DNA of 64,000 bases from Clostridia bacterium. GTDB lineage: Bacteria; Bacillota; Clostridia; TANB77; CAG-508. Made by a program: the position numbers and the translations under genes. Of the stretch, positions 46,025 to 55,693 are shown one piece after another (the stretch's first letter is position 1; every line of letters starts with the position of its first letter). The DNA lies in contig JAZUKV010000021.1 of NCBI GenBank assembly GCA_045643465.1, positions 89,701 to 153,700 of the forward strand, read 5' to 3'. Below the pieces are notes generated by a model. The model saw only the letters and a list, made by a program, of their open reading frames with translations, was not told where the DNA came from and ran no database searches.

Positions 46025-46366
46025 GTGAGAAAAATAAGAAGATTTTGCAGATGCAGACAATGTTATACAAATGATACAAGGTATAATTCAAAAGATATTA
46101 ATTATAATGAAATGCAACAATTAATTAGACAATATAGTTGTGTTGTTATAGATGTTAGAAGTAGACAAGAATTTAGAGAAGGACATTTTGATGGTGCTAT
46201 TAATATTCCATTAGATGAAATCGAAAGAAGTATTTGCAATATAGTAAAAGATAAAAATATAAATATTATAGTATATTGCTCTTATGGAGGTAGAAGCAAA
46301 AAGTCGCAAATGATTTTGAATTCTTTAGGATACAATAATGTGTATAATTTAGAGCATGGAATTTAA
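46025..46366 (+). CDS. Single-domain rhodanese (sulfurtransferase)
   Basis: VVIDVRSRQEFREGHFDGAINIP and active-site loop YCSYGGRS. The start codon is uncertain (GTG 46025 or ATG 46112; neither has a clear SD). Confidence 0.75.
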   Translation: MRKIRRFCRCRQCYTNDTRYNSKDINYNEMQQLIRQYSCVVIDVRSRQEFREGHFDGAINIPLDEIERSICNIVKDKNINIIVYCSYGGRSKKSQMILNSLGYNNVYNLEHGI

Positions 46367-46372
46367 AAGAAT

Positions 46373-46438
46373 AAAAATAGGTAATTAGTTAATATTGACG
46401 AATTTAATTAAATATATTAACTAATTACCTATTTTTTT
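46373..46438. terminator. Bidirectional terminator between convergent genes
   Basis: 20-bp perfect stem aataggtaattagttaatat / atattaactaattacctatt with A and T flanks. Confidence 0.75.
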
Positions 46439-47259
46439 ATGTGTACATATTGAGAATTACATATTTCACAATTTGTGCAAAAAATAATTTTATCTGTAAA
46501 AATTAATTTCAAAAATCGGATAAAGTTATCTTCTTCAGTGTTTAAATGTATAATTATTTTTTCAGGTAAATATGAAAGTAAAGAATTTAAAATAAAATCA
46601 TTAGATGAAAATGTAATATCAGAAATATATTTTAAATTTTCATCATTTGTAATAATTTCTTTTGAATTATCAAGAAGCATTTTAGTAGTGTCAGAATAAA
46701 TTAAATGTACTAAATCTGTTTGAGTATTTTGTGTAGCTATATAATTTTTTAGTAAATCAACATATTCACAATATTCTTTATTAAGAACATAATTATTAAT
46801 TTCTTTTTCCAAGATTAAATTTATATAATGTTTATAATCTGCAATTCGAAAGTTAATGAAACCATCAATATTACATATATTATTAGATTCAAAATAGTTT
46901 TGGAGAGCACTTATTAGCAAATCTTTTTTTGTGTTAAAGTTTGTTGGAATATTTAATGAGTTTTCTAAGAAAAGCATAATTTGTTTTCGCTCTTTTTGCG
47001 AAAAATAAAAAAAGTCATATTCAAATTGCTTTGTAATCAAAATTTTTTCAAAATTTTCTATGATTGCTTCAGCAATAATATTATTCAATAATGTATAAAA
47101 TTTTTTTATTTTGGTTCCAGTATAGTGAATAATAATATTATAAAAATGTTTAAATTTTTTTTGTGAATAAAGAATATTTTCAAATTCAAGATTATCTAGA
47201 TGTTGCTCTATAGTATTTAAGTATTTTTTATTTAAACTTTTTACACAAATTGAAATCAT
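46429..47259 (-). CDS. Hypothetical protein, possibly YtxC-like sporulation protein
   Basis: 276 aa, soluble, N/K/I-rich. The YtxC assignment rests only on size and general resemblance. SD is AAGGAG. Confidence 0.35.
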   Translation of the reverse strand: MISICVKSLNKKYLNTIEQHLDNLEFENILYSQKKFKHFYNIIIHYTGTKIKKFYTLLNNIIAEAIIENFEKILITKQFEYDFFYFSQKERKQIMLFLENSLNIPTNFNTKKDLLISALQNYFESNNICNIDGFINFRIADYKHYINLILEKEINNYVLNKEYCEYVDLLKNYIATQNTQTDLVHLIYSDTTKMLLDNSKEIITNDENLKYISDITFSSNDFILNSLLSYLPEKIIIHLNTEEDNFIRFLKLIFTDKIIFCTNCEICNSQYVHIKK

Positions 47260-47337
47260 AAAAACTCCTTTCTTGAATAATTATAGTATTCACAAAAAAA
47301 TTTTTGATATACATATAATATTCAAAAAGGAGTTTTT
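47260..47337 (-). promoter_or_regulatory. Long-range hairpin sequestering the SD of the 47259 gene
   Basis: 47260-47279 pairs with 47319-47337 (19 bp with one bulged C). On the minus-strand RNA the 3' arm contains the AAGGAG SD directly upstream of the ATG. Confidence 0.45.
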
Positions 47338-47347
47338 TGAAACTTGT

Positions 47348-48223
47348 TTATGCATTAAATAAATTATAAAAAGGTAATTGTTTTTTTGATAATGTATAAG
47401 TATTTAGATAATATAAAGGAGAGCTATTATTAAATTTGAAATTTAGGCTATAGCTGCATAGTAATTGCTCTTTTTTCTTAAAAGACTTATTTATTTGATT
47501 TATACCATATTTTCCATCACCAATTATAGGATGACCAATATGTGCTAAATGAGCTCTTATTTGATGAGTTCTTCCAGTTTCTAAAGTTATATCTAAAAGG
47601 CATATGTTGTGAGGCAAGTTCTTTTTTAATATTTTATAGGAAGTAATGATTTTTTGATAGCCCCTTAACTGTTTGTCAGATATATAGACTAAGGATTTTT
47701 TTGAATCTTTAAACAAATATGATTCTAATCTTTGAGAGCTTTTTGTTGGAATTCCGTAAACAACGCAAATATAATGCTTTTCAACCAAATGATTTTTGAA
47801 AGCAGAAAGAAGTTCATCTAAAGCAATTTTATTTTTCGCAAACAAAACAAGTCCAGATGTATTTCTATCTAATCTATGGCAAGGTTCAATAAAAGCATAA
47901 TTTAAAGATTTTGCATAACTTGTTAAAGAATTTTCACCAGTCACTTCAATTCCAACAGGTTTATCGAAAACTAGAATATTATCATCTTCAAAAATTATTG
48001 GAATATCAATTTGTTTTTCTAATAAATCATCTGTTATATAAATTTTTATTTCATCTCCAGTCTGTAACAAACAATTTTCAGATATTCTTTTATCATTAAT
48101 TTTAATATCCTTTTTACGCAAAGTTTTATAGATAAGCGAATTTGAAAGATTATTAAAATTATCTTGAAGAAATGATATTAATTTTTTATTATTATATTTT
48201 TCATCAACTTTTAATATTTTCAT
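47348..48223 (-). CDS. RluA-family 23S rRNA pseudouridine synthase with S4-like N-terminal domain
   Basis: HRLDRNTSGLVLFAKN catalytic motif and GRTHQIRAHL. Start taken at ATG 48223. Confidence 0.85.
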   Translation of the reverse strand: MKILKVDEKYNNKKLISFLQDNFNNLSNSLIYKTLRKKDIKINDKRISENCLLQTGDEIKIYITDDLLEKQIDIPIIFEDDNILVFDKPVGIEVTGENSLTSYAKSLNYAFIEPCHRLDRNTSGLVLFAKNKIALDELLSAFKNHLVEKHYICVVYGIPTKSSQRLESYLFKDSKKSLVYISDKQLRGYQKIITSYKILKKNLPHNICLLDITLETGRTHQIRAHLAHIGHPIIGDGKYGINQINKSFKKKEQLLCSYSLNFKFNNSSPLYYLNTYTLSKKQLPFYNLFNA

Positions 48224-48229
48224 AAATCT

Positions 48230-48257
48230 ATTATAACACATTTTATAGTGGTTACAA
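48230..48257 (-). promoter_or_regulatory. Promoter candidate placing the transcription start at or near ATG 48223 (possible leaderless mRNA)
   Basis: On the minus strand: TTGTAA (48257-48252), 16-nt spacer, TGtTATAAT (-10 at 48235-48230), then 6 nt, then ATG. No SD precedes either candidate ATG. Confidence 0.4.
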
Positions 48258-48269
48258 TAGCAAAATTAA

Positions 48270-48375
48270 AGCAGGCGGAAATGTGGAAAACGGGACGGTT
48301 CTTATTTCCACAAAAGTGGAAATAAGAGCCGTCTCGGTTTCCATTTCCCGTTTTCGTTTTCCGGTTTCCACTTTT
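48270..48375 (+). other. GC-rich composite palindromic element (candidate sRNA, REP/MITE-like or protein-binding element)
   Basis: 28-nt arms at 48284-48311 and 48316-48343 around an AAAA loop. Additional GGAAA/TTTCC-containing partial copies lie on both sides, and a T6 run at 48372-48377. Confidence 0.5.
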
Positions 48376-48386
48376 TTAAAAAAGTA

Positions 48387-48415
48387 TTGATAAATGGGGA
48401 GATTTTTGATATTAT
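48387..48415 (+). promoter_or_regulatory. Promoter candidate for lepA
   Basis: TTGATA (48387-48392), 17-nt spacer, TATTAT (48410-48415). Confidence 0.45.
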
Positions 48416-48462
48416 TATTATGCATAAAAATAGGGCGTTTGTACGCTTTGGGAGGAATTTTA

Positions 48463-50277
48463 GTGGAAAATAGAAAGTCACATATTAGGAATTTTAGCAT
48501 TATAGCTCATATTGATCATGGTAAGTCTACTTTAGCTGATAGATTGATTGAGATGACGGGGGTTCTTTCAAAAAGAGAGATGGAAAGTCAAGTTCTTGAT
48601 AATATGGATATTGAGAAAGAGCGTGGTATTACTATTAAATCTCAAGCTGTTAGAATGTTATATAAGGCTAAAGATGGACAAGAATATGAATTTAATTTAA
48701 TAGATACACCAGGACATGTTGATTTTAATTATGAAGTTTCAAGAAGTTTGGCAGCTTGTGATGGTGCAATTTTAGTTGTTGATAGTAGTCAAGGTGTTGA
48801 AGCTCAAACACTTGCAAATGTATATTTGGCTTTAGATAATAATCTTGAAATTATACCGGTTCTTAATAAAATTGATTTACCAAGTGCAAGACCGCAAGAG
48901 GTTAAAGATGAAATAGAAGAGATTATCGGAATTCCATCTCAAGATGCTCCTTGTATTTCTGCTAAAACTGGATTAAATGTTGAAGAAGTTTTAGAAAGAA
49001 TTGTAACTGATATTCCAGCACCAGCAGGAGATGAAAATGCAAATTTGCAATGTTTGATATTTGATTCTTTGTATGATAATTATAAAGGTGCTTTAGCGTA
49101 TGTTAGAGTAAAAAACGGAACTGTAAAAGTTGGGGATGAAATATTATTGATGTCTTCTAAAAAAGTTTTTTCTGTAACTGAAGTAGGATATTTTGAACCT
49201 GGCACATATGTTCCAACAAATCAATTAGAAGCTGGTGATGTTGGATATATTGCTGCTAGTATAAAAAGTTTAACAGATATACGTGTAGGAGATACAATTA
49301 CATTAGCAGAAAATCCTGCCGAACAGCCATTACCTGGATATAAAAAAGTAAATCCAATGGTTTATTGTGGTTTATATCCAATAGATGGAAGCGATTATGA
49401 AAATTTAAAAGTAGCTTTAGAAAAATTGCAATTAAATGATGCTGCTTTAGAATATGAGCAAGAAACATCTGCTGCTTTAGGATTTGGTTTTAGATGTGGA
49501 TTTCTAGGGTTGCTTCATCTAGAAATAATTGAAGAAAGATTAGACAGAGAATTTGATTTAGGATTAATAACAACATCACCATCTGTTATATATAAAGTTC
49601 ACAAAACTGATGGTGAAGTAATAGATTTATATAATCCTTCAGAACTACCAGATCCATCAGATATTTCATATATAGAAGAGCCTTTTGTAAAGGCTGAAAT
49701 AATAACCCCAAGAGATTATGTTGGAAATATAATGGAAATTTGCCAAAATAGACGTGGAATATATGTGGATATGAAATATTTAGATGCTAATAGAGTCACA
49801 TTAGAATATGAATTACCATTAAACGAAATTATATATGACTTTTTTGATAGTTTAAAATCTAAAACTAAAGGTTATGCTTCCTTTGATTATGAGTTCAAAG
49901 AATATAGAAGATCAGATCTTGTAAAATTAGATATTTTAATTAATGGAGAAGGTGTTGATGCTCTTTCATTTATAGTTCATAAAGACAATAGCTATGATAG
50001 AGGAAAGAAAATGGTTGAAAAGTTAAAAAATGTAATACCAAGACATTTATTTGTAATTCCTATTCAAGCTGCTATTGGCGGAAAGATAATAGCAAGAGAA
50101 ACAATTTCTGCAATGAGAAAAGATGTATTAGCTAAATGTTATGGTGGAGATATTTCTAGAAAGAAAAAGTTATTAGAGAAGCAGAAACGTGGAAAGAAAA
50201 AAATGCGTGAAATTGGAAATGTAGAAATTCCTCAAGAAGCATTTTTATCAGTATTAAAATTAGATGAAGAAGATTAA
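48463..50277 (+). CDS. lepA: Translation elongation factor 4 (LepA)
   Basis: [33 protein letters not shown], and the LepA-specific C-terminus. GTG 48463 follows GGGAGG. Confidence 0.96.
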   Translation: MENRKSHIRNFSIIAHIDHGKSTLADRLIEMTGVLSKREMESQVLDNMDIEKERGITIKSQAVRMLYKAKDGQEYEFNLIDTPGHVDFNYEVSRSLAACDGAILVVDSSQGVEAQTLANVYLALDNNLEIIPVLNKIDLPSARPQEVKDEIEEIIGIPSQDAPCISAKTGLNVEEVLERIVTDIPAPAGDENANLQCLIFDSLYDNYKGALAYVRVKNGTVKVGDEILLMSSKKVFSVTEVGYFEPGTYVPTNQLEAGDVGYIAASIKSLTDIRVGDTITLAENPAEQPLPGYKKVNPMVYCGLYPIDGSDYENLKVALEKLQLNDAALEYEQETSAALGFGFRCGFLGLLHLEIIEERLDREFDLGLITTSPSVIYKVHKTDGEVIDLYNPSELPDPSDISYIEEPFVKAEIITPRDYVGNIMEICQNRRGIYVDMKYLDANRVTLEYELPLNEIIYDFFDSLKSKTKGYASFDYEFKEYRRSDLVKLDILINGEGVDALSFIVHKDNSYDRGKKMVEKLKNVIPRHLFVIPIQAAIGGKIIARETISAMRKDVLAKCYGGDISRKKKLLEKQKRGKKKMREIGNVEIPQEAFLSVLKLDEED

Positions 50278-50295
50278 ATTGGAGATTATTTTGAG

Positions 50296-50820
50296 ATGAG
50301 TAAAGAAATTGAAATAGAAAAGAAATATAAGGTAAAAAAATTACCTGAAAATATTGAAGAATATGAGCATATTACTATAGAGCAGTCTTATTTTAATAAA
50401 GGTGGTGCGCCTATAAGGATAAGAAAATTTATTAGTAGTGATGAAATTAAATGTCTTATTTCAAAAAAATTTAAAAGTGATGATGAGTCAATTAAAAATA
50501 TTGAATATAATATTGATATTACAGAAGAGCTTTATGATAAATTTGTCGAGGCAAGAGAAGGTAAAATTATAAAAAAGACGAGATATAAAATACCATTACA
50601 GGAAGGCTTATATGTTGATTTAGATGTGTTTCATGGATTTTTGGAAGGAGTTTGCATCGCAGAAATAGAATACGAATCAATTGAACAAGCTGAAAGCTAC
50701 AAAATTCCTGAGTGGATTGAAGAGGTTAATTTTGATAAGGAATTGATTACTAATATATATATGGCAACTAAATTACAGAGTATAAATGAATTAAAAGATT
50801 TTTTATTAAAGGAAAAATAA
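50296..50820 (+). CDS. CYTH-domain protein (triphosphatase/class IV cyclase fold)
   Basis: N-terminal EIEKKYKV (ExExK signature). Size 174 aa. Confidence 0.75.
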   Translation: MSKEIEIEKKYKVKKLPENIEEYEHITIEQSYFNKGGAPIRIRKFISSDEIKCLISKKFKSDDESIKNIEYNIDITEELYDKFVEAREGKIIKKTRYKIPLQEGLYVDLDVFHGFLEGVCIAEIEYESIEQAESYKIPEWIEEVNFDKELITNIYMATKLQSINELKDFLLKEK

Positions 50821-50846
50821 AAGTTTAAAAGATTGAAAGGATTTTT

Positions 50847-51620
50847 ATGAGTAAGAATTTTAAAAATGAAAGACAAGAAAAAACATATAACGATCAGATA
50901 GAAGGTAGAAATGCTGTTATAGAGCTATTAGAATCAGGTAGAGATATTAATAAAATATTTGTAAGCAATGGTGAAAAAAATGGCTCTATCACTAAGATAC
51001 TAGCAATGGCCAAAGATAAGAGAATTATTATAACAGAAGTTAGCAAAAGCAAAATTGAAGAGATGGCTCAAAGTGATAACCATCAAGGTGTAATTGCAAT
51101 AGTTCCACCATTTGAATATTGTGATGTAGATGATATTTTAGATGTAGCTAAAAGTAGAAATGAAGATCCATTTATATTGATATTAGATGGGATTGAAGAT
51201 CCGCATAATTTAGGTGCAATAATTAGAACTGCAGAAACTGCAGGTGTTCATGGAATAATTATTCCAAAAAGAAGAGCTGCTTGTGTTAATAGTACTGTAG
51301 CAAAAGTAGCAGCTGGAGCAGTTGAGCATATGAAAATTGCAAGAGTAAATAATATTACAGAAACAATAAGATATCTAAAAGGAAATGATGTATGGGTTTG
51401 TGGAACAGATATGCACACAAATACATATTATTATAATCAAGATTATAAGATGCCAATAGCAATAGTTATAGGAAGTGAAGGTTATGGAATGGGAAGATTA
51501 GTGCAAGAAAATTGTGATTTTCTTGTTAAAATTCCAATGAAAGGGAAAATTACTTCTCTAAATGCATCTGTTTCAGCGGGTATAGTAATATATGAGGTGG
51601 TTAAACAAAGGATTAAATAG
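50847..51620 (+). CDS. rlmB: 23S rRNA (guanosine-2'-O)-methyltransferase RlmB (TrmH family)
   Basis: IEGRNAVIELL, DGIEDPHNLGAIIRTA, and LNASVSAGIVIYE. Confidence 0.85.
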   Translation: MSKNFKNERQEKTYNDQIEGRNAVIELLESGRDINKIFVSNGEKNGSITKILAMAKDKRIIITEVSKSKIEEMAQSDNHQGVIAIVPPFEYCDVDDILDVAKSRNEDPFILILDGIEDPHNLGAIIRTAETAGVHGIIIPKRRAACVNSTVAKVAAGAVEHMKIARVNNITETIRYLKGNDVWVCGTDMHTNTYYYNQDYKMPIAIVIGSEGYGMGRLVQENCDFLVKIPMKGKITSLNASVSAGIVIYEVVKQRIK

Positions 51621-51644
51621 AGTTATATATCTAGGAGGAAAATA

Positions 51645-52934
51645 TTGAAAAAAAAGAGTACTATAAGCATTGTATTTATAATAATTTTAGGATTAATATT
51701 ATCTGGAATATATTTTTCAGTAGGTAAAGAGCTTACTTTTTGGAAATATGCTATAAAAAATAAAGAGCTTACAAATATTTTTTCTAGTAATGAAATATCA
51801 GAATTTAATAAAAAGAAACAAGAAAATTCATATATAACAAATAGTGAATTGGCAATTAATAATAACAATAATCAATATAAATGTGTATCTGTATCAAAGG
51901 CAAAATCTAATAATGACAAATTAACAAATTTTAGAATTTTAAAAAATGATAAAGATTTCATTGATGCAAATGTAATAACACGTAATGATTTGTTAGGTAT
52001 AAAAATACGTAATTTCAATGATAATTATGTGATAGTAGAAAACAACAATTTAAAGGAATTAGCAAAAAATATTGGAATTCAAGATACGAGTAAAATACCA
52101 GAAAAAATTAATACTATAAATTTTGATGATTTATTAAAGCTGGAAGATGATGATATTCAGTATATTTCAAAAAAATATTCAAAATTAATAATGAAAAATA
52201 TTAGTTCGAATAACTATTCAAAAAATATAGATAAAAATAATAGTACATCATATTCGTTAACACTTACAGAAAATGAAGTAAAAAAAGTTTTATCAGAATT
52301 GTATAAAAAAATTTCAACAGATGAAAGGGTATTAAATATAATTTATTCAAAACTTAAATTAATAAATATTGGAGAAGAAAAGAATAATGTTGGTAATATC
52401 TCAAGAAAATTTCAAGAAATGTCCAAAACAGTATTGGATGCAGAAACAACAAATGATATACTTTTAGAAATAACAGTTTATATAGAGAATAATGAATTAT
52501 TGCAAACTGATATTAAAATTAAAGATAAAAAAGTAATTAAAATAGTTTATGATAAAGAAAATAATAATCTTAATATTAAACAACAATTAGTAAAACCAGA
52601 TGGTCATAGACTAAATATTTCAATATCCAATTATTTAAATACGATATTAAATAAGATTGAAGAGATAAGCATAACAAAAAAAATTAGTGATGATAGTAAA
52701 GAGCAAAAAACAGATATAGAAATAATGTGCAATAATGGTATAGATATTAAATTTTATACTTGTACAAAAATTTTAAATGAACAAATAATGCATTTAGAAT
52801 ATGAAGATGATTCAAAAGTAATTTTAAATGATTTGTCAGAAGATGAATTGAAAAAATTATATGAAGATAATAAAATTAAATTGATACAGTTATATGAAAT
52901 TTGGAGGGATACATATGAATTGGGAATTAAATGA
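51645..52934 (+). CDS. Membrane-anchored hypothetical protein
   Basis: TTG start follows AGGAGG. One N-terminal TM helix, then an N/K/I-rich extracytoplasmic region with no recognisable family. Confidence 0.5.
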   Translation: MKKKSTISIVFIIILGLILSGIYFSVGKELTFWKYAIKNKELTNIFSSNEISEFNKKKQENSYITNSELAINNNNNQYKCVSVSKAKSNNDKLTNFRILKNDKDFIDANVITRNDLLGIKIRNFNDNYVIVENNNLKELAKNIGIQDTSKIPEKINTINFDDLLKLEDDDIQYISKKYSKLIMKNISSNNYSKNIDKNNSTSYSLTLTENEVKKVLSELYKKISTDERVLNIIYSKLKLINIGEEKNNVGNISRKFQEMSKTVLDAETTNDILLEITVYIENNELLQTDIKIKDKKVIKIVYDKENNNLNIKQQLVKPDGHRLNISISNYLNTILNKIEEISITKKISDDSKEQKTDIEIMCNNGIDIKFYTCTKILNEQIMHLEYEDDSKVILNDLSEDELKKLYEDNKIKLIQLYEIWRDTYELGIK

Positions 52935-53610
52935 TAAATTTGCAGATTGGAATGGAGAAATAGCAAATAAGGAAGAAAAAATAGTAATAGCAAAAAAAAT
53001 AGCAGAAAAAGTTAAAGACGGAGATGTAATAGGTTTTGGATCAGGTTCAACATCATATTTAGCAATTATTGAAATAGCTAAAAAAATAAAAGAGGAGCAT
53101 TTAAATATAATTGCTATACCAACTTCATATGAAATAAAATTGTTATGCAGTAAATTAAATATCAGAACATCATCAATTTTAGAGCAAAAACCAGATTGGA
53201 GTTTTGACGGAACTGATGAATTTGACAATAATAATTGGTTGATAAAAGGGCGAGGAGCAGCCATGTTTAAAGAAAAATTAAATATTGTAAGTTCAAAAAA
53301 AGTATATATTCTTGCTGATTCAACAAAATGTGTTAATAAATTAGGAGAAAAGTTTTATATACCTGTAGAATGTTACCCAGAAACAATTAATTTAGTACAG
53401 GAGCAATTAAAATTAATTGGAGCAACAGAGTGCATATTAAGAAAAGGCAAAGGAAAAGATGGTCCTATTGTTACTGAAAATAATAATTTAATTATAGATG
53501 TAAAATTTGAAAATATAGATAATAATTTAGAGCAAAAGATAAAATCAATACCAGGTGTTATTGAATCAGGATTATTCACAAATTATAATAATATAGAAAT
53601 TGTAAAGTAG
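52915..53610 (+). CDS. rpiA: Ribose-5-phosphate isomerase A
   Basis: GFGSGSTS, DGTDE and KGRGAAMFKEK motifs. ATG 52915 follows GGAGGG. Confidence 0.85.
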   Translation: MNWELNDKFADWNGEIANKEEKIVIAKKIAEKVKDGDVIGFGSGSTSYLAIIEIAKKIKEEHLNIIAIPTSYEIKLLCSKLNIRTSSILEQKPDWSFDGTDEFDNNNWLIKGRGAAMFKEKLNIVSSKKVYILADSTKCVNKLGEKFYIPVECYPETINLVQEQLKLIGATECILRKGKGKDGPIVTENNNLIIDVKFENIDNNLEQKIKSIPGVIESGLFTNYNNIEIVK

Positions 53611-53625
53611 CAAAGGAGAATTTTT

Positions 53626-54693
53626 ATGTGGGGAGATATAGCAATAGCATTTGTTTTAGCATTTATAACATCATATGTACTTGTTCCATATTCAATGAGA
53701 TTAGCAAAGAAGATAAGAGCTGTAGATGTTCCTTCTGAAAGAAGAATTAATAAAGTTGAAATGCCAAGATTAGGTGGATTAGCAATAATTGCAGGATTTT
53801 TTATTTCAATGATATATTTATTGATATCTATGGAACTAGAAAATAAAACCGCTCTTGACGGATATCATTGGAAAATTATAGGATTATTTTTAGGACTAAC
53901 AATAATAGCTTTAATAGGTTTTATAGATGATTGGAAAGGAGTACATCCTTTATTAAAATTATTAGGACAAAGTGTAGCAGCAGTAGTTGTAATGTGTTTT
54001 GGAATAACAATAGGGGATTTTAATATACCAGTATTAAATCATTTTATTGAACTTAATGGTATATTAGATTATATATTAACTTGGTTATGGATTGTAGGAA
54101 TTACGAATGCTATTAATTTAACTGATGGCTTAGATGGTTTATCATCTGGAATAACCTTGATCGCATGTATATCATTATTGATAATTTTTGCAAGTAATGG
54201 TTCACCAATTATTTCAATTATTTTGATAACAGCATTAGCAGGAGGAATTATTGGATTTTTACCATTTAATTATAATCCTGCAAAAACATATATGGGAGAT
54301 TCAGGATCTAATTTCTTAGGTTTTTCTATTGCTATAATTTCTATATTAGGAGTAGCAAAAACATATACAGTTATTGTAATAGTAGCACCATTGATTGTTT
54401 TAGGTTTGCCAATACTTGATACAATTTTTGCAATAATTAGAAGAATAATTAAAGGTAAATCAATAAAAGCTGTATTCCAAGCAGATAGAGGACATTTACA
54501 CCACAAATTAATCGATTATGGATATAGTCAAAAAGAATCAGTATTAATTTTATATGGAATAGCAACAACTTTAGGTATGTTTGCAATAATATTGTTAGAA
54601 AGTGGAATATGGAAGGCTATATCATTTGCCTTATTAATAATAGCTATTTTTGCAATGGGATATAAAGACTTACTAAAGAAAAATAAAAATTAA
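53626..54693 (+). CDS. tagO: Undecaprenyl-phosphate GlcNAc-1-phosphate transferase (MraY/WecA/TagO family)
   Basis: Polytopic membrane protein with NAINLTDGLDGL and YMGDSGSNFLG motifs. Confidence 0.85.
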   Translation: MWGDIAIAFVLAFITSYVLVPYSMRLAKKIRAVDVPSERRINKVEMPRLGGLAIIAGFFISMIYLLISMELENKTALDGYHWKIIGLFLGLTIIALIGFIDDWKGVHPLLKLLGQSVAAVVVMCFGITIGDFNIPVLNHFIELNGILDYILTWLWIVGITNAINLTDGLDGLSSGITLIACISLLIIFASNGSPIISIILITALAGGIIGFLPFNYNPAKTYMGDSGSNFLGFSIAIISILGVAKTYTVIVIVAPLIVLGLPILDTIFAIIRRIIKGKSIKAVFQADRGHLHHKLIDYGYSQKESVLILYGIATTLGMFAIILLESGIWKAISFALLIIAIFAMGYKDLLKKNKN

Positions 54694-54709
54694 AGGAAGG
54701 TTTTTTATT

Positions 54710-55180
54710 ATGAAAAAAGTATTGTTTATATCAAGTACAGGTGGTCATTTTAGTGAATTATTACAGCTTAAATCATTATTTAGCAAATATGATTCATATA
54801 TAATAACAGAGAAAGATAAAACAAATGAAAATTATAAATTAGTTTATGGTGATAAAATGTTTTTTTTACCATATGGGACAAGAAGTAAAATATTTTCATA
54901 TATCTTTAAATATTTTTATTTATGTTTAAAAACAATATATTTATTTATAAAAATAAGACCTAAGTATATTGTAACAACTGGAACGCATACAGCAGTTCCG
55001 ATGTGCTATTTAGGAAAACTATTTAGAAGGAAAATAATTTTTATAGAAACATTTGCAAGTTCAAAAGCAAAAACTTTATCAGGAAGAATGGTTTATCCAA
55101 TAGCAGATTTATTTATAGTACAATGGGAGGAAATGCTTAAATTATATCCAAAAGCCGTATATGGTGGCTCAATATATTAA
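54710..55180 (+). CDS. Alg14-like glycosyltransferase membrane subunit (PssD/Cps14F type)
   Basis: FISSTGGHFSEL N-terminus, about 156 aa, paired with an Alg13-like gene. Confidence 0.7.
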   Translation: MKKVLFISSTGGHFSELLQLKSLFSKYDSYIITEKDKTNENYKLVYGDKMFFLPYGTRSKIFSYIFKYFYLCLKTIYLFIKIRPKYIVTTGTHTAVPMCYLGKLFRRKIIFIETFASSKAKTLSGRMVYPIADLFIVQWEEMLKLYPKAVYGGSIY

Positions 55181-55195
55181 GAAGGATGGTTTTAA

Positions 55196-55675
55196 ATGAT
55201 TTTAGTATTATTAGGTACACAGAATAATAATTTTAATAGATTACTTGAAGAGCTTCAAAATTGTATAGATAAGAAGTTAATTGCTGATGAAGTGGTAGTT
55301 CAAGCAGGTTTTACAAAATTTGAATCCAAGGATATGAAAATATTTGATTTTATAGATAAAGATGAGATGTCTAAATTGGTAGAAAAGGCAGATTTAATAA
55401 TAACTCATGGTGGTGTTGGTTCAATAATATTGGCATTAAAAAATGGCAAAAAAACTATAGTTGTTCCAAGATCAAAGAAAAATGATGAACATGTAAATAG
55501 TCATCAATTCCAAATAGCAAGAAGATTTGAGAAAGAAGGGTATGTTAAAAGTGTTGTCAATATAAAAAATCTAGGAAAAGTTATTAAATCAATGGACAAT
55601 TTTGTTCCAAAGGCCTATGAAAAAAGAAAAAGTGATGTAATAACATTAGTAGAAAATTTTATTGATAATAATTAA
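55196..55675 (+). CDS. Alg13-like glycosyltransferase catalytic subunit (GT28 C-terminal domain; PssE/Cps14G type)
   Basis: ILVLLGTQ, ITHGGVGS, and DEHVNSHQ (compare the ..HQ motif). Confidence 0.7.
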   Translation: MILVLLGTQNNNFNRLLEELQNCIDKKLIADEVVVQAGFTKFESKDMKIFDFIDKDEMSKLVEKADLIITHGGVGSIILALKNGKKTIVVPRSKKNDEHVNSHQFQIARRFEKEGYVKSVVNIKNLGKVIKSMDNFVPKAYEKRKSDVITLVENFIDNN

Positions 55676-55693
55676 TTTTTAATTAGGAGAAAA

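Noticed and set aside
48252-48500. 82-aa minus-strand ORF spanning the rlu-lepA intergenic region
   Set aside because: It runs through the palindromic GC-rich element and the lepA promoter, SD and start. It has no SD. The signal there is better explained as a non-coding element.
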